Positions 16,567-24,069 of a DNA stretch of 36,857 bases are shown here, piece after piece; position 1 is the first letter of the stretch, and the number at the start of each line of letters is the position of its first letter. A program made the position numbers and the translations under genes. A model generated the notes under the pieces. That model was not told the origin of the DNA. It was given only the letters and a program-made list of their open reading frames with translations, and did not search any database. The DNA comes from a virus. Its lineage: Duplodnaviria > Caudoviricetes. Location: positions 1 to 36,857 of IMG/VR virus record IMGVR_UViG_3300048576_000182; one strand, 5' to 3'.

Positions 16567-17510
16567 ATGGACTGCGCACAGCCCACCTGTTCGCTGGAGC
16601 CGGCGGCGGATTGCTCGCCGACTTTATCCTGGGACACGAGCCAGTGCTTGCCGTCGAGCAAGAGGAATCATGCTGCAAATCCATGCGCGCCCGGGTGCAC
16701 GAAGGATGGCTGCCTGCAGGCCTGCACATCCATTGCGGAGACGTGCAGCAATTCGACTTCACCCCATGGGCCGGACGCGTGGATTGCATCGAAGCGGGAT
16801 TCCCTTGCCAGGATATTTCGTGCGCGGGATCGGGCAAAAAAGGCATCGAGGGCGCACGGTCCGGCCTTGTCTGGGAAGTGTTCCGAGCAATTGACGCTAT
16901 TCGGCCCGGAATTGTGTTCCTCGAAAACTCGCCAAAAATCCTCGCCAAAGGTCGACGCGACATTATCCGGGCTCTCGTGGAGAGGGGATATTCCTGGCGA
17001 GATGGAACGCTTGCCGCTGCTGCTGTCGGAGCAGGTCACGAACGGGACCGCTGGTGGTTGCTCGCTGCCAACGCTGACGGTCTGCGGCAATTGGAACAGG
17101 AAAGGCGCGAGCGAGAACAGTGGGTACGGGTTGGCGACTGCACTGAAGCGTCTGCCAACGCTCTGCAGTGTGGACAGCAAAAGGTCAGGAGGGAAAAAGG
17201 TCACACGGAAAACAATGTCTCGACTCCCTGGGGCGCTGAAACATCTCCTGCCGACACTCTGCGCCAGCGACTACAAATCGCCGTACAACGAGGCGGGTTA
17301 TCAGCGGCGAGCGCAGCAACGGTGTTTGCCGCTGCGGGATACACTGAAGCATATCACTGGTCACCGCCTGACGCCGGAATTTGCGGAGTGGTGGATGGGC
17401 TGGCCGTTGAGATGGTCGGCTGCACCAAAGGAGCGCGGATAAAGGCTTGCGGCAATGGGCAGGTTCCTCTTGCGGCGGCCGTAGCTTGGATAATTTTAAG
17501 CGAGGATTGA
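16551..17510 (+). CDS. C5 DNA cytosine methyltransferase, alpha polypeptide (motifs I-VIII and X)
   Basis: LFAGAGG (I), GFPCQDIS (IV), FLENS (VI), HERDRWW (VIII), RIKACGNGQVP (X); motif IX absent. Confidence 0.9.
   Translation: MEVVLNGLRTAHLFAGAGGGLLADFILGHEPVLAVEQEESCCKSMRARVHEGWLPAGLHIHCGDVQQFDFTPWAGRVDCIEAGFPCQDISCAGSGKKGIEGARSGLVWEVFRAIDAIRPGIVFLENSPKILAKGRRDIIRALVERGYSWRDGTLAAAAVGAGHERDRWWLLAANADGLRQLEQERREREQWVRVGDCTEASANALQCGQQKVRREKGHTENNVSTPWGAETSPADTLRQRLQIAVQRGGLSAASAATVFAAAGYTEAYHWSPPDAGICGVVDGLAVEMVGCTKGARIKACGNGQVPLAAAVAWIILSED
16567..17442 (+). CDS. C5 methyltransferase beta polypeptide (TRD-like repeats + motif IX), nested in the +1 frame
   Basis: GGAGG RBS at 16553-16557; three LPTL modules; RLTPEFAEWWMGWP is motif IX. 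Confidence 0.8.
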   Translation: MDCAQPTCSLEPAADCSPTLSWDTSQCLPSSKRNHAANPCAPGCTKDGCLQACTSIAETCSNSTSPHGPDAWIASKRDSLARIFRARDRAKKASRAHGPALSGKCSEQLTLFGPELCSSKTRQKSSPKVDATLSGLSWRGDIPGEMERLPLLLSEQVTNGTAGGCSLPTLTVCGNWNRKGASENSGYGLATALKRLPTLCSVDSKRSGGKKVTRKTMSRLPGALKHLLPTLCASDYKSPYNEAGYQRRAQQRCLPLRDTLKHITGHRLTPEFAEWWMGWPLRWSAAPKERG

Positions 17511-17513
17511 AGG

Positions 17514-17696
17514 GTGGAAACGATAATCGGAATCCTATTCGTAATATTGTGCTTCCTTGCTGGAGCTATTGGGCACGAATTTGACATTTACAGGGCGCTG
17601 GAAAAGCGCGGGACCAGCAAGGGTGTCACCTTCTTTTTCCATTTCAAAGTCCGTGAATTTGGCAAGCCTGAAAAGGTGGTCGAGGTGGATAAATGA
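17514..17696 (+). CDS. Small membrane-anchored hypothetical protein
   Basis: GAGG RBS; hydrophobic N-terminus. Confidence 0.6.
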   Translation: METIIGILFVILCFLAGAIGHEFDIYRALEKRGTSKGVTFFFHFKVREFGKPEKVVEVDK

Positions 17697-18004
17697 GCGA
17701 AGCGAAAAAGCCCTATTTCCTGCCCCTGAACAAGGAATTTTACCTCAAGGTGAAATCCGGAGAGCAGGATTGCGAGATCAGGCCGGCTGACCATCGTGGA
17801 TGGAACTCAAGAAACATTTATCCTGGCCGGTGGCTGCAGTTCTCCAGCGGGTATGGGAAACACGATCGTCATTGCCGCGAGATATACGTGGTGGTTGAAG
17901 GGCCGGCCAGTTTTGTATTTGCCCGCGTTCCACAGTGGCATATCGACGCTGTAGAGCAAATTTACGGGAAACGCGACCGGTGGTTGGTCGCGTTTGTCCG
18001 ATAA
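17693..18004 (+). CDS. ASCH/PUA-like domain protein
   Basis: LPLNKEFYLKVKSGEQDCEIR..W..LQFSSGY resembles the ASCH 'GxKxxExR' motif. Confidence 0.6.
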   Translation: MSEAKKPYFLPLNKEFYLKVKSGEQDCEIRPADHRGWNSRNIYPGRWLQFSSGYGKHDRHCREIYVVVEGPASFVFARVPQWHIDAVEQIYGKRDRWLVAFVR

Positions 18005-18019
18005 AAACAGGAGGCTGTT

Positions 18020-18982
18020 TTGAACACTGATTTCAGGTTGTCGACTGGCCTCACAACCCACCCGAAAACGATCAAACTTATGCGGCGCTGCGGGGATAGG
18101 GCCTTCTTTTGCCTCATCAACCTGTGGGGGTGGGCCGCTCAATACAAACCCGATGGCGATCTGTCGGGGATGGATGACGAGGCAATCGAGATCGCGGCTG
18201 ACTGGATGGGCGAGGTTGGGGCGCTTGTTGCGCAGCTGGCTGCGGTCGGGTTTGTGGATGGCGGGCCTGGAGTGTACCGGCTGCACGACTGGTGCGATCA
18301 TAACCCATGGGCCTGTGGGGCTGAAGTCAGATCGGAGAAGGGACGGCTGAATAAGTTGGCGGTGAAATATCCTGAGAAGGTAAAAGAGCTGAAAAAATCA
18401 GGTGTTATTGGGGTTACGAGAGAAGAATATGAAGGGTTTGAGGCCAAGTGGTCGCAAAGCAAACCCCAAGCAAACCCTAAGCAAACCCTAGGTGAACCTT
18501 TAACTCCTGCTCCTGCTCCTTCTCCTGCTCCTTCTCCTACTCCTATCGTAATAAAAGACCTACCACCTACCGCGTGCGCGAAGGACGATGACCAGTTTTC
18601 GATGCACGCCGACTGGACGCCATCGGAATATTTCCCCACCCTGGCGAACACTGCCGGGGTGGTCCCGCCGACAGGTGACGAGTTGGAAACTGCCTTGAGG
18701 GAGTTTGTCCCGTTCTGGATGACTCAAAAACGCCGCTGCACGGCCCACGAATGGGATCTGGCTTTCATTAAGGCCATCAAGAGCGGTTTTGCAACGCCTA
18801 GGAACGGGCCAAGGAGCAACGGCGAAGATGGGCAACTGCAAGCGCGGTCGGTGCGTGATGCGCTGATTCTCCAGGGCGAACAAATAGCGAGGGCGATAAA
18901 CGACGATGAGCGAAGGAAACAGCAACACCTTGGATCTGATGGCGGTCAAGCGGGCGGTGTACTCCTGGAGCATCAGGTTTAG
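18020..18982 (+). CDS. Phage replication initiator with a C-terminal DnaT-like domain
   Basis: N-terminal HPKT..LWGWA..DGDL..LHDW; FSMHADWTPS..LREFVPFW..WD; internal iterons. Confidence 0.8.
   Translation: MNTDFRLSTGLTTHPKTIKLMRRCGDRAFFCLINLWGWAAQYKPDGDLSGMDDEAIEIAADWMGEVGALVAQLAAVGFVDGGPGVYRLHDWCDHNPWACGAEVRSEKGRLNKLAVKYPEKVKELKKSGVIGVTREEYEGFEAKWSQSKPQANPKQTLGEPLTPAPAPSPAPSPTPIVIKDLPPTACAKDDDQFSMHADWTPSEYFPTLANTAGVVPPTGDELETALREFVPFWMTQKRRCTAHEWDLAFIKAIKSGFATPRNGPRSNGEDGQLQARSVRDALILQGEQIARAINDDERRKQQHLGSDGGQAGGVLLEHQV
18433..18544. repeat. Iterons (putative phage origin) plus a hexamer repeat
   Basis: agcaaaccc(c/t)a x3 at 18458-18490, a degenerate 4th copy, an inverted copy agggtttg at 18433-18440; ctcct(g/t/a) repeats at 18504-18544. 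Confidence 0.75.
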
Positions 18983-19403
18983 ATCGGCGGGGTACGGTAA
19001 CGAGCAGCTTGCCATGATCAGCAAAGAATATTTCGAGGACCTGGGCAGCGAAGGCGTGACGCTCAGGCAGTTCGACGCAGCCGCAAAGACGGTGCGCAAG
19101 CGGTGCCGATTCTTCCCGTCGATGGCTGACCTTTTGGACGCAGTGCGGGAGTATCGGGAGCGGCCACCGGCGGCCATTGAGCCCACCCAGGCCCTGCTGG
19201 CAGACGAAACCAGCCGCCACGATTTGACCCAGGAAGAAATCGCCCGAAACCTAGAGCGCATCGAAATGATCAAGCTCGTTTTCCATCCTGACCCCGATAA
19301 ACGGGTGAGCGTGGAGGAAGCTACGGCTTTCGTGGAGTCGGTGGGGCACATTCAGGAGTTTTCGACGATGGAAACAAAACAATCCGGGGGTGCCGTGCAA
19401 TGA
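18906..19403 (+). CDS. Putative helicase loader/inhibitor
   Basis: Follows the initiator; 'YFEDL..FDAAAKTVRKRCRFFPSMADLL' motif. Confidence 0.6.
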   Translation: MSEGNSNTLDLMAVKRAVYSWSIRFRSAGYGNEQLAMISKEYFEDLGSEGVTLRQFDAAAKTVRKRCRFFPSMADLLDAVREYRERPPAAIEPTQALLADETSRHDLTQEEIARNLERIEMIKLVFHPDPDKRVSVEEATAFVESVGHIQEFSTMETKQSGGAVQ

Positions 19404-19415
19404 CCGCGAAATCGT

Positions 19416-19811
19416 TTGTTCTCGCCGCCCAGCTTTTTGTCAGTTCAATTTTCTGGTGGCCGCGTGAGGGTCAGGGACGTTTTAACCGAGAAATCGAAAA
19501 CAGACCCCAAAATGGAATGCAGACAACTGGCGGTTGACCACTGGCGTTACGTTGAGGGCGTTCTGTTGCGCCATGGCGTGATAGCCGTGGATGTTCCCCA
19601 GATCGGCGAGGCGTGGCTTGCGGGTTTCATGCGTGGCTGGTCGCTGGCTTGGTATTCGCGGCTGTTTGGCGTGGATGCTGGCACGGCGGCAGAATGGGAA
19701 TGGTGGCGCTGGGCGTCGTCGCGGGCGGGGTATACTGCGGAGTGTGAGGCGCATTTCGGCGAGGCGTTTGTGCATGGGTGGAAACATCGGATTGAGGTTG
19801 GGGCAAAATGA
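19416..19811 (+). CDS. Hypothetical protein (start uncertain, possibly 19512)
   Basis: Stop overlaps the next ATG; internal semi-repeat GEAWLAGFMRGW / GEAFVHGWKH. Confidence 0.55.
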   Translation: MFSPPSFLSVQFSGGRVRVRDVLTEKSKTDPKMECRQLAVDHWRYVEGVLLRHGVIAVDVPQIGEAWLAGFMRGWSLAWYSRLFGVDAGTAAEWEWWRWASSRAGYTAECEAHFGEAFVHGWKHRIEVGAK

Positions 19812-20530
19812 TATCGATTAAAGTCGATGGTGTCGATGCGGTCAGAACCATGCTTGCCGCCGCACCCAAACAGGCGTCGAGGGCAGTTGAGACAGCGCTC
19901 GATTTTACCGCAAAGCATATTCAATCCGATATCCAAAAGGAAATGCTGAGCGAGTTCAAGAGCCCGGTTGACTACACCATCAAGAGCGTCAAGACCACGT
20001 TGACCAAAGGGCACAATATGACGGCGTCGGTATGGATAGCGACGCCCTCACGAATGGAGCAGTCTTACCTTGTGCCACAGGTAGATGGCGGGGCGAGGAA
20101 GCTGAAAGGGTTCGAGCGTGGGCTTGATGATGAGGAGTTCGTGCCAGGTTCAGGGGCGAAGCTGAACGCATCGGGCAACATCCCTGTGGCAACGATCAAG
20201 AAGGCAAGGGCCGAGGTGCTGAAGAAGCGATCAGAGTTTGTCAGGATCAGCGAGAAGCGTGGCAAGTTGTGGCCTGGGGTGTACCAACGGGTGAAGAGTG
20301 ATCGGGGTTTTGGCCGCAAGAACATGGCGTATCTGGCGCAGCGTGGCCGCAAGCGTGGCAAGTTCACCTCTGCCATCCAGGCAAGGGGGCTGAAGCCCAT
20401 CATGCTTGAAGGGCGCACAGGGCACAAGGTCAAGCCGCAACTCGACTTCTATGGGGTAGCGCAGAGCACGTTTGATGCGCAGTTCAAGCGTAAGTTCGAC
20501 GAGACGTTCGCTTCATTGGTCGGGCGATGA
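19808..20530 (+). CDS. Basic gpZ/HK97-gp10-like morphogenesis protein
   Basis: MISIKVDGVDAVRTML..PKQASRAVETALDFTA N-terminus; very Lys/Arg-rich. Confidence 0.5.
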   Translation: MISIKVDGVDAVRTMLAAAPKQASRAVETALDFTAKHIQSDIQKEMLSEFKSPVDYTIKSVKTTLTKGHNMTASVWIATPSRMEQSYLVPQVDGGARKLKGFERGLDDEEFVPGSGAKLNASGNIPVATIKKARAEVLKKRSEFVRISEKRGKLWPGVYQRVKSDRGFGRKNMAYLAQRGRKRGKFTSAIQARGLKPIMLEGRTGHKVKPQLDFYGVAQSTFDAQFKRKFDETFASLVGR

Positions 20531-20551
20531 TATTCAAGGATCGTGCCAATT

Positions 20552-20670
20552 GGGTCCTTCCTGGTCGCTTTCTGCTGCGGGTGTTTCGAACTTCGACACA
20601 TTCCTGTTTACAAAACTTCAAAAGCAACTTTACTTCAAGTACATGCAAAACTCAGTTAAAGTTACAGGTG
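20552..20670 (+). other. Putative cos packaging site (cosQ-like GGGTCCT, then cosN/cosB region)
   Basis: GGGTCCT at 20552-20558 is identical to lambda cosQ; GCGGG about 20 bp later; AT-rich region with repeated aact(t)/aagtt just before terS. Confidence 0.6.
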
Positions 20671-20674
20671 AAAT

Positions 20675-21130
20675 GTGTTTGAAGCCCTGACCGCCCAAGA
20701 ACTCGCAACCCTGCTTGACGTGTCTCTGGTGCGAATCGGCCAGCTGCGCAAAGAGGGTGTGATTGAAACCTTGCCAGGGGCGAAACAGTATCCTGCGGAA
20801 GCGATTACTCGTTACGTGCGGTTTATCAAGGGCGGGAACAAAGGCAGTTCCGGAAATCTCGCCGACGAAATAGAGCGGGAAAAACTCCGCAAGCTGCGCC
20901 GAGAAAACGACGTCGAAGAGGGGCAGGTTGCCCCGGTGGAACTCTTGACCGAGGCCCTGCAGAAAGCTGGCGCCATCATCGTGGCCAATCTGGAGAGTTT
21001 GCCGTTGCTGATGAAACGGAATTGGCCCGAAATTACCGGCGACCAGGTGACTATGGTGAAAAAGGCGGTGGCTGAGTGTCGGAACGCGGTCGCTGATATG
21101 AAAATAGATCTAGATGATAGTCCAGCGTGA
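20675..21130 (+). CDS. terS: Terminase small subunit, Nu1-like
   Basis: Winged HTH LTAQELATLLDVSLVRIGQL plus coiled coil; precedes gpA. Confidence 0.85.
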   Translation: MFEALTAQELATLLDVSLVRIGQLRKEGVIETLPGAKQYPAEAITRYVRFIKGGNKGSSGNLADEIEREKLRKLRRENDVEEGQVAPVELLTEALQKAGAIIVANLESLPLLMKRNWPEITGDQVTMVKKAVAECRNAVADMKIDLDDSPA

Positions 21131-23196
21131 CCCATCAACCCCCAGAAATCGACCCCACCCGCTACGCCCCGGCGATCACGCGAGCCGTGACCATGGGTGT
21201 TTCCCTCTTCCGGGTGGAAATCCCCTTGCGGGGCGCGGAGTGGGCAGACCGTTTTTTCTACCTGTCGCCCGAATCGTCCGGCACCGAAGGCCGTTGGAAG
21301 TCCTACCCGTATCAGATCGGCCCGCTCAACTGGATGACGAGCGACGACATCGAAGAGGTCAACGGCCAGAAATCACGGCGCGTCGGCTACACCAAGATGC
21401 TGATTGCAGCCATTGCCTGCCTGATCCACCAGAAGCGGCGCAATGTGGTCACCTGGCAACCAACCGACGGCGATGCCGCGGACTTTGTGCGCGACGAGGT
21501 GGACACCCTGTTGCGCGACGTGCCCACCCTGGGTGGGCTGCTGCGGTGCGATCCGGAGAGCAAGAGCAAGTTCAACACCATCGAAAAGAAGGTTTTTCAG
21601 GGCGCAACCTGGGACATCAAGGGTGGAAAATCGGCCCGCAACTTCCGCCGCATGTCCAAGGACGTTGCCAGCTACGACGAACTAGCGGCTTTTGACCCGG
21701 ATATTGAGGGCGAAGGGTCAGCCCTGGAGCTGGGCGACGGTCGGCTTGACCAAGCCCCTTTCCCCAAGTCAATACGCGGCTCCACGTCCAAGATAAAAGG
21801 GCTCTGCCAGATTGAGGCGGCGGTTGAAGCCTCGGACATGATCTTTTATCGGTTCGTGCGCTGCCCCCACTGCGGCGCCCTGCAACGGCTGGAGTTCGCC
21901 CACCTCAAGTGGGACGAAGGCAAGCCGGAAACGGCGTATTTCGCCTGCGTTGCGGGTGGATGCACCCTGCTCTATCGGGATTATCCCGGCATGGATGAGG
22001 CCGGCAGGTGGCAGACCATAGACGGCAATTACTACGACGACGCGACAGACCGATTTTTCGACGCCGACGATAACACCATTGATAAGCCCCGGCGTGTCGG
22101 CTGGAGGATCTGGGCGGCTTATTCCTATCTGAGGCCCTGGTCCTGGCTGGTTGACAAGTGGTTGCAGGCCACTAAAGAGGCGGCAACAGGCAAAATTACC
22201 GCCCTGAAAGCGGTGATCAACACCTTGCTCGGTGAGACCTGGGAGGAACGCGGCGAGGCTATCGAGGCTCAGGGCTTGGCCGGTAGGGGCGAGGACTACC
22301 TTGCGGCAGGAACCATCCCCGTTGGTGTCCTGGCAATCACCGCAGGTGTTGACGTGCAAGGCGGGCTCAACGCCCGCATTGAGGTGGAGATTGTCGGCCA
22401 CGGACTGGAGGGTGAGACTTGGTCACTGGGATATGAGGTGATTCAGGGAAATGCTGAGTGGCCGGAGACATGGGAGGGGCTTGACGCTGCCCTTGAACGT
22501 CGATTTGTCCGGGAAGATGGCGCCCCGATGCGGATCGATGCGGCATTTATCGACTCTGGATTCATGGCGCACCATGTGTACCGGTACACGGCACGCCGCC
22601 GGCGCCGGAATATCTACGCCACCAAGGGCGTGAACACAGGCACCCTGTGCAACAAAGGCACTTGGCAGGGCGACGAAAAGAAGGGTTCCCGCGCCATCTT
22701 GAGGACGGTGAATGTCGATGACGCCAAAACGATCATTTTCAACCGGCTGCGGATCGAGAAACCCGGCCCCGGATACTGCCACTTCCCGGACCACTACCAG
22801 GCAGAACACTACGAGAAATTGACCAACGAGCAGAAAATCGAAGTGCGGAACAAACGCGACCAGTTGACTGGGTATAAGTGGGAAAAGAAAGGCCCAAACG
22901 AGCCTTTGGATTGCCGGGCCTACGCAATCGGGGCGTTTGAATTTCTGGCGCTGAATTTGGGGCGGCGCAAGCTGCGGCTTTCACGGTTGGCCGGTTCGGC
23001 GCGGGTCGCGGCACTGGTTGACGGCCTGCGAATGATTACCGAGGTTGTGACTGGAAAACTTGATGATGAGCCAGACCCAGTGGGCGAGGTCACCCGGGAA
23101 ATGATGCAGGCGCGGGCGGAGACGGTTCGACCACCTGCTAAAAAGAAGGCGAAAAAACGAGGCGGCGGAGGCTTTGTTAATCGATGGAAACTATAG
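21127..23196 (+). CDS. terL: Terminase large subunit, lambda gpA family
   Basis: KSRRVGYTK, YDEL, CPHCG, NTLLGETWE, TAGVDVQ, IDSG, NEPLDC motifs. Confidence 0.97.
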   Translation: MTHQPPEIDPTRYAPAITRAVTMGVSLFRVEIPLRGAEWADRFFYLSPESSGTEGRWKSYPYQIGPLNWMTSDDIEEVNGQKSRRVGYTKMLIAAIACLIHQKRRNVVTWQPTDGDAADFVRDEVDTLLRDVPTLGGLLRCDPESKSKFNTIEKKVFQGATWDIKGGKSARNFRRMSKDVASYDELAAFDPDIEGEGSALELGDGRLDQAPFPKSIRGSTSKIKGLCQIEAAVEASDMIFYRFVRCPHCGALQRLEFAHLKWDEGKPETAYFACVAGGCTLLYRDYPGMDEAGRWQTIDGNYYDDATDRFFDADDNTIDKPRRVGWRIWAAYSYLRPWSWLVDKWLQATKEAATGKITALKAVINTLLGETWEERGEAIEAQGLAGRGEDYLAAGTIPVGVLAITAGVDVQGGLNARIEVEIVGHGLEGETWSLGYEVIQGNAEWPETWEGLDAALERRFVREDGAPMRIDAAFIDSGFMAHHVYRYTARRRRRNIYATKGVNTGTLCNKGTWQGDEKKGSRAILRTVNVDDAKTIIFNRLRIEKPGPGYCHFPDHYQAEHYEKLTNEQKIEVRNKRDQLTGYKWEKKGPNEPLDCRAYAIGAFEFLALNLGRRKLRLSRLAGSARVAALVDGLRMITEVVTGKLDDEPDPVGEVTREMMQARAETVRPPAKKKAKKRGGGGFVNRWKL

Positions 23197-23378
23197 TCGT
23201 TTCAGGGGCAAAGGCAATTGGTTCTGCGGTTGGAGTAAGTTGGCAGGCGATCCCCCATTATGTGGCCGAGCATGGCCTTCCCGCTTTCAGAATAGGTGGA
23301 AAGGGAAACTGGTTGGCTTTACCTGATGACCTGAAGGCTTGGGCAATCAAAATGAGAGACGAAAATATTGAAAAATGA
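23184..23378 (+). CDS. Small winged-HTH DNA-binding protein
   Basis: GGAGG RBS; GAKAIGSAVGVSWQAI..GLPAFRIGG..W.A..DDLKAW. Confidence 0.7.
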   Translation: METIVVSGAKAIGSAVGVSWQAIPHYVAEHGLPAFRIGGKGNWLALPDDLKAWAIKMRDENIEK

Positions 23379-23520
23379 ATAGTGTCAACACCTATTCTTT
23401 AAGTTCATTTTTTTATTAAATCGACAATTCAATAACATAAACGCATACCCACCCTCTATTTTTTAATAGAGTGAAATCACAGTGTATCCTCACCCCTGAA
23501 AAGATCCTTTCAGGGGGCGC
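23377..23520 (+). promoter_or_regulatory. AT-rich control region before the head genes
   Basis: Inverted repeats gaatag..ctattc (23377-23397), ctctatt-tttt-aatagag (23454-23471) and cccctgaaa..tttcagggg (23493-23516). Confidence 0.55.
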
Positions 23521-24069
23521 ATGGCATACGCACAAGTACTTTCCGCAATTCCTTCCAAAATCACCGCTGGAACCTCAGCTTCCTGGCTGATTGCCCTCCC
23601 TGCTTTCCCCGCGTCCAGTGGGTGGACGCTGACCTATACCCTGGTTTCTCCCTCCGCCCAGGTGCAGGTCACGTCCACCCCTTCCGGTGTTGACCACCTG
23701 TTCGAAATCCCCCTGGCCGACTCCGCAGACTGGAGCCCTGGCAAATACTCTTGGCAATCCCACGTTTCCAACGGCACCGAGCGGTATCAAGTCGACGCCG
23801 GCGCGGTCGAGATTCTGGCGGACTACGCCGACGCCACCACCGGAACTGATACCCGCACTTGGCTGGACAAGGCCATTGAAGCCCTGCAAGCAGCCATAGC
23901 CGGAAGGGCCAGCGCGACGCAGCTTACCCAATCGTTGCCCAATGGTTTGCAGGTTCAGCATATGACGCTTGAGGCGCAGATTGCCGCGCTGAAACGGCTT
24001 AAAGCTATGCGAGCCAGCAAGACCCGGAGCCTGAAAAATATCATGAAAACGCGAAAGGTGGCCTTCTGA
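23521..24069 (+). CDS. Head-tail adaptor (gpW-like C-terminus)
   Basis: IPSKITAGTSASW..GWTLTY; C-terminal LDKAIEALQAAIAGRA; sits between terL and portal. Confidence 0.7.
   Translation: MAYAQVLSAIPSKITAGTSASWLIALPAFPASSGWTLTYTLVSPSAQVQVTSTPSGVDHLFEIPLADSADWSPGKYSWQSHVSNGTERYQVDAGAVEILADYADATTGTDTRTWLDKAIEALQAAIAGRASATQLTQSLPNGLQVQHMTLEAQIAALKRLKAMRASKTRSLKNIMKTRKVAF

Noticed and set aside
18458-18544. CRISPR-like or VNTR array
   Set aside because: Short contiguous repeats without spacers, inside a rep gene; no cas genes in the window
19400-19537. 45-aa ATGA-coupled ORF out of frame with 19416-19811 (possible frameshift)
   Set aside because: Cannot distinguish a small gene, a frameshift or chance without homologues
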